From Planctomycetota bacterium (GTDB lineage Bacteria > Planctomycetota > B15-G4), in assembly GCA_965248575.1 (NCBI GenBank), contig CBDFJQ010000002.1, positions 3,872,001-3,936,000 on the forward strand: a DNA stretch of 64,000 bases. The letters run 5' to 3'. Below, in pieces: positions 17,486-26,447 of the stretch. A program made the position numbers and the translations under genes. The notes under the pieces are model-generated. The model was not told the origin of the DNA. It searched no databases and was given only the letters and a program-made list of their open reading frames with translations. Position 1 is the first letter of the stretch. Each line of letters begins with the position of its first letter.

Positions 17486-19987
17486 GTGCTGCAAACGAAT
17501 CGCCTTGCCTCGGCTGGTTCCGCATGGATCGTTGCCCTCGCTTTGCTGCTGGGAGCGCCAGGTGTTGCGGCGCAAGAGGGGTATCGCTTGCCGCCGCCAG
17601 AGATCGTGAAGATCCTCGACGCCGCACCCTTGCCGTGGGTGAGTGCGAGCCCCACGGGCGACAGCTTGTTGTTCCTCAAGCGCGAGAACCTGCCGCCCAT
17701 TCAGGAGATGGCGCAGCCCATGTTGAAGCTGGCTGGGCAACGGGTGAACCCCGCCACGAACGCGGCCTTCGGTCCACGGAGCATCGTCGGCTTTCGCGCG
17801 CTGGGCGCCGGGGGTAAGCAGCTAGCTGTTCATCAGGCTGGCCCGGGTGTCGGTCTGGGCTGGCCCAACTGGTCCCCGGATGGGGAGCTGGCGGCGTTCA
17901 CGGTGACGGAGGCGGGGCCGGATCGCTCGGGCGTCGGCTTGCAGGTTCTGGAACTCCGCAGCGGGTCGCTCAAGGTGGTAACCGGCGCGACGTTGAACAC
18001 GCTGGGCGTCTCCCCGCAATGGCTTCCGGGCCAGCGGTCCTTGCTCGTGGGTTTCGTCCGGGTCGGGGCGGCCGAGGGTGGCGGGGGCAGGCTTGAGCGG
18101 CGGTTGCCACCGACGGAACCCCTGGTTCCCACCGGACCGGTGATCCAGGAGAACCTCGGTGGTGTGCCTGCACCTGTCCGCACTTACCAGGACTTGCTCC
18201 GCAACACGCACGACGAAGCCCTCTTCGAGCACCACTTCGACACCCAGTTGGCGGTGGTGGATGTGGACACCGGCAGGCGTCGCAACATCGGTCCTCCGGG
18301 CTTGTATGTGGAGGCGGTGCCGTCGCCGGACGGCCGCTTCCTGCTGGTGGAACGCTTGGAGCGCCCCTTCAGCTACCTCGTGCCCTGGTACCGCTTTCCG
18401 CGTCACGTAGAAATCTGGGACCTCAAAGGGAACCGGGTCGCGGAGCTCGCGCAGCTGCCGTTGGCGGAGCGCATCCCGATCCAGGGTGTCATCACGGGCG
18501 CCCGGAACCACGGCTGGCGAGCGACCGAAGGCAAGGCTGAGGTCGTCTGGGTCGAAGCCCTCGATGGAGGGGACCCCAAGGCGGAGGCCGAGCATCGCGA
18601 CCGCCTCATGATTCTGGGGGCGCCCTTCAATGGCGGGCCCCGGGAACTGGTGCGGCTCGAAGACCGTTACAGCGGTATCAACTGGATCGGCGACCAGGAT
18701 CTGGCGTGGGTGACGGAGTACGACCGGGATGCGCGCTGGTCGCGGACCTGGTTGGTCGATGTCGTTCAAGAGGGTGAGGGAGAGGGTGGTCGGCAATTGC
18801 TCCATGAGCGTTCGGTGCAAGACGCCTATGCGAACCCGGGCAGCCCAATCATGGAGCGCAACGCTGGCGGGCAGTCAGTGGTCAGGGTCCTGGAAGGCAC
18901 CATCCTGCTGAAGGGTTCGGGCGCGTCAGACGAAGGGGATCGACCCTTCCTTGATCACCTGGACCTGGCGACTTTGGAGACGACCCGACTTTGGCGGAGT
19001 TCGGGCGACGAGTACGAGACTGTCGTGGAGTTCCTCGCTGCCGATGAGTCGGGTTGGGAGGTGCTGACCCGGCGGGAGACGCCGACGGAGCCCCCGAACT
19101 ACTACCGCCGGACGGTGCCACGCGGCGGCGGCGATTCACGGCGGGTGGCGATCACGAAGTTCGAGCATCCCGCGCCCGAGTTGCTCGAGGTGCAGAAGGA
19201 ACTGGTGACCTACAAGCGGGCAGATGGCGTGGCCTTGTCGGCAACGCTGTATCTACCTCCGGGGCACGAGGCTGGCGACCAGCACCCGTTGCTCGTGTGG
19301 GCCTACCCGCGCGAGTTCAACGACGCCGCCCTGGCCAGCCAGGTGCGTGGGTCTCCTTGGCGCTTCACCTTGTTCGGAGGCAGCTCCCACCTGTTCATGC
19401 TGACGCAGGGATACGCCATCATGGATGGGGCGACCATGCCCGTGGTCGGGGACGACCCGGAAACGGTGAATGACACCTTCATCCATCAGATCGTGGCCAG
19501 CGCAGAGGCTGCCGTGCAGGAGGCCGTGAAGCGCGGCGTCTCGGACGGGCGGCACGCCGCGGTCGCCGGACACTCCTACGGTGCGTTCATGACGGCGAAC
19601 CTCCTGGCGCACAGCGATCTGTTCAAGGCGGGCATCGCGCGCAGCGGCGCCTACAACCGGACCCTGACTCCCTTCGGGTTCCAGGCTGAGCGACGCACGT
19701 TCTGGGAAGCGCCGGAGACGTACTTCGCGCTCTCGCCGTTCATGCACGCCGACAAGATCAACGAACCCCTGCTGATGATCCACGGCATGGAGGACAACAA
19801 CAGCGGGACCTTCCCGATCCAATCGGAGCGCATGTATCACGCCGTGAAGGGGCATGGCGGCACGGCGCGCCTGGTGATGCTCCCGGAGGAGAGTCATGGC
19901 TACCGCGCCCGGGAGTCCGTGATGCACACGCTCGCAGAGATGACCGACTGGCTGGACCGCTGGGTGAAGCCGGAGCCCGGCCTCTAG
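17486..19987 (+). CDS. Exported S9 family peptidase (glutamyl endopeptidase-like)
   Basis: Signal peptide; WAYPREF; nucleophile GHSYGAFMTANLL; IHGMEDNNSGTFP; ESHGY. Confidence 0.92.
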   Translation: MLQTNRLASAGSAWIVALALLLGAPGVAAQEGYRLPPPEIVKILDAAPLPWVSASPTGDSLLFLKRENLPPIQEMAQPMLKLAGQRVNPATNAAFGPRSIVGFRALGAGGKQLAVHQAGPGVGLGWPNWSPDGELAAFTVTEAGPDRSGVGLQVLELRSGSLKVVTGATLNTLGVSPQWLPGQRSLLVGFVRVGAAEGGGGRLERRLPPTEPLVPTGPVIQENLGGVPAPVRTYQDLLRNTHDEALFEHHFDTQLAVVDVDTGRRRNIGPPGLYVEAVPSPDGRFLLVERLERPFSYLVPWYRFPRHVEIWDLKGNRVAELAQLPLAERIPIQGVITGARNHGWRATEGKAEVVWVEALDGGDPKAEAEHRDRLMILGAPFNGGPRELVRLEDRYSGINWIGDQDLAWVTEYDRDARWSRTWLVDVVQEGEGEGGRQLLHERSVQDAYANPGSPIMERNAGGQSVVRVLEGTILLKGSGASDEGDRPFLDHLDLATLETTRLWRSSGDEYETVVEFLAADESGWEVLTRRETPTEPPNYYRRTVPRGGGDSRRVAITKFEHPAPELLEVQKELVTYKRADGVALSATLYLPPGHEAGDQHPLLVWAYPREFNDAALASQVRGSPWRFTLFGGSSHLFMLTQGYAIMDGATMPVVGDDPETVNDTFIHQIVASAEAAVQEAVKRGVSDGRHAAVAGHSYGAFMTANLLAHSDLFKAGIARSGAYNRTLTPFGFQAERRTFWEAPETYFALSPFMHADKINEPLLMIHGMEDNNSGTFPIQSERMYHAVKGHGGTARLVMLPEESHGYRARESVMHTLAEMTDWLDRWVKPEPGL

Positions 19988-20019
19988 GCCAGCGAGACCT
20001 CGCGTCTCTCCCGTCCGAG

Positions 20020-20661
20020 TCAGCTCTCGTGGATGACGTAGGTGCAGCGGCGATCGCTGCCCAGCATGTACTCCGTACGTTCGACGTGGGCGCGCGGGCC
20101 CAGCACGGCTTCAAAGAGCCGTAGCTCGCCCTCACAGAGCCCGCTGCAGACCGAGGCCGCGGCGCAGATGGGGCAGTGGTTCTCGATCAGGCGCAGGCTG
20201 CCGTCCGCGAGACGCGACCACTCGGCCATGTAGCCCTCGTCCCGTCGGAGGGAAGCCAGGGCAGCGACCTTCTCGGCCAAGGGGGCCGTGGGTGCTGGCA
20301 TGCGCTGCTTGTAGAGTTCCTTCTGCGTCTTGGTCCGGGTGCGGACGAGCTTGCTGAGCCCCTGCTCGCCGAAGGTGGAACGCACAGCATCGATGATGTC
20401 GAGGGTGAGTTCGGCGTGGCTGTCGGGGAAGTGCTCCTGGGCGCCGTCGGCGAGCTGCCAGATCCGCCGGGGTCGGCCCACATGCCCTCGCTCGTCCTCG
20501 GACTGGACTTGTCGCTGTTCCTCGAGCGCGGCCATGTGCTGGCGAATGGCCATGGGGGTGACGCCGAGTCGCTTGGCGAGCTGGCCGGTGCTCTGGGGGC
20601 CTTTTGTCTTCAGGAAGAAGAGCAGCTTGCCCCGCGGGCTTGTGGAGGACGGTGGGCGCAT
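20020..20661 (-). CDS. HTH transcriptional regulator, SufR/ArsR-like with C-terminal Cys cluster
   Basis: LAKRLGVTPMAIRQHM, VGRPRRIW, EGYMAE, ENHCPI...C..LC..E and RRCTY. Confidence 0.88.
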   Translation of the reverse strand: MRPPSSTSPRGKLLFFLKTKGPQSTGQLAKRLGVTPMAIRQHMAALEEQRQVQSEDERGHVGRPRRIWQLADGAQEHFPDSHAELTLDIIDAVRSTFGEQGLSKLVRTRTKTQKELYKQRMPAPTAPLAEKVAALASLRRDEGYMAEWSRLADGSLRLIENHCPICAAASVCSGLCEGELRLFEAVLGPRAHVERTEYMLGSDRRCTYVIHES

Positions 20662-20821
20662 GGCCACCAGTCTAGACAAGGTCCCTCAATAAACACAGGA
20701 AATGCTTTGCAAAGATCCGAGGCTTCGTTGATAAAGAAAGGCACGGCTATTGAAACGAATCAGATGCACTTCAGCGAAGTGTCCTGCCCGCCACTGCCCG
20801 ACCCTGAGAGAGGAGGCTGTC

Positions 20822-21235
20822 ATGCCTGTTGCCCACCTTGACCATCTCAACCTGTCCGTCGCCGATCTGGACGCGACGCGGGACTGGTACCAGCGCGTCT
20901 TCGATTTCGAAGTGCACGAGACGGGCGTCTACAACGGCGCGCCCTGGGCCATCCTCAAGAGCGGGGAAGCCTTGCTCTGCCTCTATGAGTATCCCGATCG
21001 GGAGCATCTGGATGGCGTTGCCCTGAACCAGCGCCAGATCCACGGCTTCAACCACTTCGGCATGCGCATCACGGATCGTGAAGCATGGCTCAGCATGCTC
21101 GAGCGGGAGAGGATCCCGGTGGAGTACGGCGGCGTGGTGCGTTGGCCACACAGCGATGCCTGGTATGTCGTCGACCCGACCGGCTACGAGATCGAAGTCG
21201 TGCTCTGGGATGAGGACCGGGTGAGCTTTGGCTAG
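20822..21235 (+). CDS. VOC (glyoxalase/bleomycin-resistance) family protein
   Basis: LDHLNLSVADL...WY..VF, NHFG and YVVDPTGYEIE; GAGGAGG ribosome-binding site upstream. Confidence 0.9.
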   Translation: MPVAHLDHLNLSVADLDATRDWYQRVFDFEVHETGVYNGAPWAILKSGEALLCLYEYPDREHLDGVALNQRQIHGFNHFGMRITDREAWLSMLERERIPVEYGGVVRWPHSDAWYVVDPTGYEIEVVLWDEDRVSFG

Positions 21236-21245
21236 GCACCCCTGC

Positions 21246-22529
21246 TCAGGAATCCTCCTGTCCTGCGCTACCCGGAGCCGCCGGCGTCTTGAAGCTCATG
21301 GAGACCTGCCAGCCATAGACGGGGTAGCGCACCCGGGTGCGGTAGCCGCGAAAGTCCTTTGGATTCCAGCCGAAGCGCTCACCGAGATGCTGGAGCATCG
21401 CTGGGTAGTTGGCGATCTCTGTTGCCCTGACCCGGCTGAGATCCACGCCGAGGTACTCGACGGATTCTTCGATGTCGACGCGATCCATGTCCCGAGATCG
21501 GTCGTTCACATTGGCGATGCCGTCGTAGCCCGTGTCGAAGACGACGAGCTCCGGATCTGAGCCCGGGAACGCTTGCTCATGCAGCAACACGTCGAATAGC
21601 AGGGTGCCCACGGGCATGGCGGGTTCGACGAAGAGCGCGCTGCGGGCGAGGGGGTCGTCAGCCGCGTAGCGACGCATGGCGCCAAGGTGATGGTCCACCA
21701 CGAACATGTCGACCGCCTGCTTGGGGCCGAGGATGTCGTCGGGCAGCGTGTATTGCACGGTCTTGCCGATTCGTGTGGCCTCGAGCTTGGCCGGAGGGTT
21801 CACGCAGAAGCGATCCAACTGCTCGATGCCGGGTTCGTCGTCGACGGCATCGCCTTCGTCGCTGTTGTCCGGCTCGTCACCGCTTCGGTAGCGATAGCCG
21901 AAGCGAGCCGTGACTCCGGGGCGGATCCGTTGCATGGCGACGGCCCCGTTGAGCCAGACCAGGTCGAGTCGCTCGGGGTTCTCGGCAGAAGGCCAGATGA
22001 CGGCAGTGCCGAGCCAGTGATCGGCGCAGACACCCTTGAGTTGGCTCAGGCCTTTGAAGACGGAGTACTTGTTGGCCAGCTCGAAGCGTTCCCGGGCACC
22101 GGGCAGGTTGGAGCTGATCATGGCGTCGAGAGCCGGGCGCGTGCCGGCGTCATCGCGGATGAGCCGATCGAAGCGGGCGATGGCGAGGTCGGCTGCCTGG
22201 GCCAGATCGTGGGCTACGCCGAGCCCCCGGGCTGCGCGGACGACCTTGCGCAAGGGTTCCAGGCCCGGCACGTAGTGCAGCACCTCGAGTGGGTCCCGGC
22301 GGCCTGTGGCGTTGAGCAGCCGGCTGGCAACGGCCCGGTTCACCCCCAAATCGCGGGCGAGTTGATTCGGGCGATGGGGGGCGTCGGGGAGGGCTGCCAG
22401 GACATCGGAGAGGGCCTGCCCGAGGGCCGTGCCTACGGCGCGGATGCGTCCATCCACCTCTGGAGGCGCTTCGGCGCGCTCCTCGATGTCGAGCTCGGGA
22501 TCGGTGTCGGATCGAGACGGTGAGGCCAT
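21246..22529 (-). CDS. Hypothetical protein with N-terminal HTH-like segment (putative regulator)
   Basis: Long ORF with good codon usage; RPNQLARDLGVNRAVASRLL resembles a helix-turn-helix; it is divergent from a secreted protein gene. Confidence 0.7.
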   Translation of the reverse strand: MASPSRSDTDPELDIEERAEAPPEVDGRIRAVGTALGQALSDVLAALPDAPHRPNQLARDLGVNRAVASRLLNATGRRDPLEVLHYVPGLEPLRKVVRAARGLGVAHDLAQAADLAIARFDRLIRDDAGTRPALDAMISSNLPGARERFELANKYSVFKGLSQLKGVCADHWLGTAVIWPSAENPERLDLVWLNGAVAMQRIRPGVTARFGYRYRSGDEPDNSDEGDAVDDEPGIEQLDRFCVNPPAKLEATRIGKTVQYTLPDDILGPKQAVDMFVVDHHLGAMRRYAADDPLARSALFVEPAMPVGTLLFDVLLHEQAFPGSDPELVVFDTGYDGIANVNDRSRDMDRVDIEESVEYLGVDLSRVRATEIANYPAMLQHLGERFGWNPKDFRGYRTRVRYPVYGWQVSMSFKTPAAPGSAGQEDS

Positions 22530-22573
22530 GGGTAGGGGGACTGTTGCAGCCCGATCGAGGGACGTGCCAGAGA

Positions 22574-22639
22574 ATCGCCAACAATTTGGCGATCTATATG
22601 TAATATATTGCACACCAGGTGCTCGATAGAACATCTATG
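22574..22639. promoter_or_regulatory. AT-rich divergent promoter region with palindromes
   Basis: ATCGCCAA-N4-TTGGCGAT (22574-22593), near-palindrome TGTAATATATTGCA (22599-22612) and ATAGA-N3-TCTAT (about 22627-22639). Confidence 0.55.
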
Positions 22640-22700
22640 AATCGCTCAGGTCTCTCCCCCTGGCCGGCCCCTCAACCCCCATTTCCTTGGATCAATCGTG

Positions 22701-24122
22701 ATGAACACCCGTTTTCTGCGCCTCTCATGGGGTTTCGCCTGTGCAGCGCTTTTGAGCCTGGCCCCTGCCAGGGCTGGCGAACCCACCTTTACCTATGTGG
22801 ACCTCGGGACCCTGGGAGGCCCCGAATCCGTGGCCATGGGCATGAACGACATGGGTCAGGTTGTGGGCTGGTCCCACATCTCTGGCTGCACGGCCCAGGG
22901 ACATCCCTGCCGGCGAGCCTTCCTTTGGGACGACGGGGTCATGACGGACCTCGGCATCCTGGCCGGTGACGAGGAGAGCGTCGCCCGCGCCATCAACAAC
23001 GCTGGCCTCGTGGTTGGGACATCGGAGAGCGGTGTGGTGTCCGGCAGCGGGACCTTCCATGGCTTCAGCTGGGACGGATCCATGACGTCGCTCGCCGATC
23101 TGGGTGAAGGCCAGAGCTTCGCCAACGACGTCAACGACAGCGGGTTGATCGTCGGTTACTCAACGGACCCCGTCCTGCTGCGCGACCGCGTGGTGAGCTG
23201 GTCGGCTGGCGTGGTGTCCAACGTCGGCGAACCCGAGGGTCACAGCTACAACCGAGGCTACGGCGTCAACGAATCAGGCGCGCTTGTGGGCTTCGCCTGG
23301 AACCTGTTCTCGCCCAATGACTCCATCCGCTTCGACGGCTCATGGAAGACCATCGGTGGCGTGGACGGCCCCTTCCAGAACTCCGAGGCCTTCGACCTCA
23401 ACGATGCAGGGGTGGTGTGCGGCCTGCAGGCCTTTCCGTCAGGCTCCTGGCACGCTTGCCTGTGGACGACGGCGGGGGCGCAAGACCTTGGCGTGCTCGC
23501 TGGGCATGACACCTCCGAACTCTATTCCGTGAACGAAGCAGGGCTGGCAGTGGGCCGTTCCTACGATCCGTTCTTTCCCGCGGAGCAGCGCGCCATCTTC
23601 TGGGACGGCAGCGCGCTGCGTGACCTGAACGACTACATGCCTGCGGGAGTTCCTGGCGTGCTGTTCGAAGCCACCGAGATCAATGAGGCAGGAGACATTG
23701 CGGGGACGGCCCTGGTCAACGGCTTGTTCCGGGCGTTCGTGCTCGTGCGCGAGCCCTGGGAGAACCTGGGCGGCGGAACGACGGGCGTTCAGGGTGTGCC
23801 TCGGCTGGTGGGCACGGGCGAGCTCGAAGCGGGTGCTTCCATCACCCTGGCTGTGGGTGATGCCGCTCCCAACGCGCTCATGGCGGGGTGGCTGTCCTTG
23901 AGTTCGGCGCCGCTCTCCGTGCTGGGCGGAACGCTGCACGCGAACCCCAAGATCCTGCAGATCCTGCGCTTCGCAGATGCGTCCGGAGACTACGAGCAGA
24001 GCCTGACCTGGCCAGTGGGCATCGCTCCGGGAACGGATCTCTGGGTGCAGTTCCTGGTGCAGGACCTGAGCGTGCCGCAGCAGATCACCCTCACCAATGG
24101 CGTGATGGCAAGCACGCCCTGA
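22701..24122 (+). CDS. Secreted HAF-repeat (extracellular beta-repeat) protein with conserved C-terminal domain
   Basis: Signal peptide; repeats such as DLGTLGG.ES.A..MND.GQVVG and RAFLW..G.MTDLG; C-terminal domain shared with the 53571..55604 protein. Confidence 0.85.
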   Translation: MNTRFLRLSWGFACAALLSLAPARAGEPTFTYVDLGTLGGPESVAMGMNDMGQVVGWSHISGCTAQGHPCRRAFLWDDGVMTDLGILAGDEESVARAINNAGLVVGTSESGVVSGSGTFHGFSWDGSMTSLADLGEGQSFANDVNDSGLIVGYSTDPVLLRDRVVSWSAGVVSNVGEPEGHSYNRGYGVNESGALVGFAWNLFSPNDSIRFDGSWKTIGGVDGPFQNSEAFDLNDAGVVCGLQAFPSGSWHACLWTTAGAQDLGVLAGHDTSELYSVNEAGLAVGRSYDPFFPAEQRAIFWDGSALRDLNDYMPAGVPGVLFEATEINEAGDIAGTALVNGLFRAFVLVREPWENLGGGTTGVQGVPRLVGTGELEAGASITLAVGDAAPNALMAGWLSLSSAPLSVLGGTLHANPKILQILRFADASGDYEQSLTWPVGIAPGTDLWVQFLVQDLSVPQQITLTNGVMASTP

Positions 24123-24229
24123 GGTCGCTGCTCGAGGCGAGACGCTGGCCCCCGGATTTCGCGCTCCAGTCACCCCTGGCTGGAGACGAAGTTCGGGGGC
24201 CGCACTCCCTCCAAACCGAGACGCGTCCC

Positions 24230-24622
24230 ATGTGGTCCAAGTGGTCCAAGAGTTTCCTGAACCAGCCGGTCAAGAGCGCCCCGAGCGTGGTGGCGGCTGC
24301 TGTCTTGGTGGGGGCACTGTTCGTGCTGGCGCACCCGGCTCACTCCTCGCAGGTGGCCCTGGCGAGTACAGCCAGCCTGGTGTCCGACCAGGTGCTGGAG
24401 CCGTTGCTGGGACAGATACAGCTCATGGACCAACTCGTTTCCGAACCTCTGCCGACGGGCATGGGAAGCGTGGGTCATCCTTCGGCGGCGATGTTGCTTC
24501 CGCCGCGAGAGTCCTTGGAGACCGTGATCGAGGCTTTTGATGCGGTCATGACGGACGCCGAGAGCGCTGCGAGCCCCGAGCCGAACTCCGCTGCTGTGCC
24601 CCTTGGTGACGACGCTCCCTAG
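24230..24622 (+). CDS. Hypothetical membrane/exported protein
   Basis: ATG at 24230, a hydrophobic segment (VVAAAVLVGALFVLA); fills the gap between convergent genes. Confidence 0.45.
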   Translation: MWSKWSKSFLNQPVKSAPSVVAAAVLVGALFVLAHPAHSSQVALASTASLVSDQVLEPLLGQIQLMDQLVSEPLPTGMGSVGHPSAAMLLPPRESLETVIEAFDAVMTDAESAASPEPNSAAVPLGDDAP

Positions 24623-24637
24623 CGGACGCTGTGGGAG

Positions 24638-25588
24638 TCAGCCGACTTTCGCGACTTCGGCGAGCAGTTCGGGGTCCACGTTGCCGCCGCTGAGCAGGAC
24701 GCCGCACAGCCCGCGCCCTTCTCGTAGAGCCACCGCGAGCGAAGCCGCCCCGCTGGGTTCGAGCACGAGGCGGAGTTCATCCAGAGCCCAACGCATGGCT
24801 TCCCTGAGCTCGGTGTCACTGACCAGTTCGATGCGGGACACACGCTGACGAATCACCTCGAAGGTGAGGGCCCCGGGTCGGCGAACCCGTAGGCCGTCGG
24901 CCAACGTCTTCGGTGGAGGAACCGAGACACGTTCACCAGCGGCGAGGCTGCGGGCCGTATCGTCCCCGTCGGCGGGCTCCACGCCGATAATTTCCGCTTC
25001 GCCCTGCAGCGCCTGCAGCACGGTGGCACAGCCTGCCATGAGGCCCCCGCCGCTGACCGGCGCGTAGAAGCGATCCAGGCTCGGATGGCCCGCTGCCACA
25101 GCGTCCTCCACCAGCTCCAAGGCTGCGGTGCCTTGCCCTGCCGCCACCAGCAGGTGGTCATAGGGCGGGACGGGGATCAGGCCCTGGCTTTGCGCGAGTT
25201 CTTCTGCCTTTGCCGCGCGCTCATCACTGTCGGGCCCCACGATGACGACTTCTGCACCCCAGGCTTCCGTGCGCAGACGCTTCAAGGCGGGGGCGTCCGA
25301 AGGCATGACGATCACAGCCCGGAGCCCCAGGGTCTTCGCTGCGCAGGCCACGGCCTGTGCGTGATTCCCGGAGCTGTGGGCGACCACGCCGGGAATCCCT
25401 GGCGACAGCGTCGTCATGAGGCTGAACGCGCCCCGTAGCTTGAACGCGCCCGTTGGCTGCAGGGACTCCGGCTTGAGCAACAGCTCGCTCTCCCCGTGAC
25501 GCTTGACGAGCAGTGGGGTGCGCACGATGTGCGTTGCGATGCGGCTCGCCGCAGCTCGAATGCAGTCGAGAGTCAGCTCGTCAATCAT
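24638..25588 (-). CDS. PLP-dependent threonine/serine dehydratase (serine racemase-like)
   Basis: KPESLQPTGAFKLRGA, SSGNHAQ, GQGT, PVSGGGL, EPSGA and LSGGN. Confidence 0.92.
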   Translation of the reverse strand: MIDELTLDCIRAAASRIATHIVRTPLLVKRHGESELLLKPESLQPTGAFKLRGAFSLMTTLSPGIPGVVAHSSGNHAQAVACAAKTLGLRAVIVMPSDAPALKRLRTEAWGAEVVIVGPDSDERAAKAEELAQSQGLIPVPPYDHLLVAAGQGTAALELVEDAVAAGHPSLDRFYAPVSGGGLMAGCATVLQALQGEAEIIGVEPADGDDTARSLAAGERVSVPPPKTLADGLRVRRPGALTFEVIRQRVSRIELVSDTELREAMRWALDELRLVLEPSGAASLAVALREGRGLCGVLLSGGNVDPELLAEVAKVG

Positions 25589-25726
25589 GATCGGGCAAGA
25601 AGGGTCGTGGGGCGGCATGCAGCGGGCGCGGAAACACATAGGCCAGCAAAGGAGGACACGATACCGGCTGGGAGAGGGTTAGGATCGCCGCCTTCCTGTC
25701 AGGATTCTGAGAGTGGAGCGCTGATC

Positions 25727-26428
25727 GTGAAGAGTGCAGGCAGCAAGGTTTTGATCACGGGTGGGAGCACGGGCATCGGCAGGGCGATTGCCGAGGCGCT
25801 TTCGGAGAAGGGAGCCTCCGTGGGGATCACCGGTCGACGCGAGGCGCTCGTGGAGGCCGCTGCCCAGGACATGGGCGCGCTGGCCTTGACCGGCGATGTC
25901 AGCGCCGAGGAGCAATGCGTGGAGACCGTGCAGCGTTTCGTCGAGCATTTCGGCGGGATCGATGTGCTCGTGAACAACGCGGGCTTCGGGCACTTTGCGC
26001 CGCTGGTCGACATGGATCGCACGGCCTTCGAGGCGGTCTTCGCGACCAATGTCACGGGTGCCATGCTCATGGCACGCGAAGCCACGAAGCACTTCGTGGA
26101 GCAGAGTTCGGGGAACATCGTCAACATCTCGTCCACGTCGGGTTTGAGCGGCGGCGCAGGTGCATCCGCCTACTCGGCGTCCAAGTTCGCGTTGCGCGGG
26201 ATGACCGAGTGTTGGCGTGCGGAGCTGCGCAAGCACAACGTGCGGGTGATGCTGGTGAACCCCAGCGAAGTGCTCACCGACTTCGCCAGCGCGGCCGGCT
26301 TCGAGCAGGAAGCCTCGCCCAAGAAGCTGCGAGCCAAGGAGATCGCCTCGGCGGTGGTCAGTGCCTTGGAGATGGATGACCGCGGATTCATTCCTGAACT
26401 CAGCGTCTGGGCCACCAACCCGTTCTGA
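25727..26428 (+). CDS. SDR family oxidoreductase
   Basis: TGGSTGIG, NNAG, YSASK; ends WATNPF. The GTG start is inferred. Confidence 0.9.
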   Translation: MKSAGSKVLITGGSTGIGRAIAEALSEKGASVGITGRREALVEAAAQDMGALALTGDVSAEEQCVETVQRFVEHFGGIDVLVNNAGFGHFAPLVDMDRTAFEAVFATNVTGAMLMAREATKHFVEQSSGNIVNISSTSGLSGGAGASAYSASKFALRGMTECWRAELRKHNVRVMLVNPSEVLTDFASAAGFEQEASPKKLRAKEIASAVVSALEMDDRGFIPELSVWATNPF

Positions 26429-26447
26429 GCGGAGCTGTCGCCGCCAG

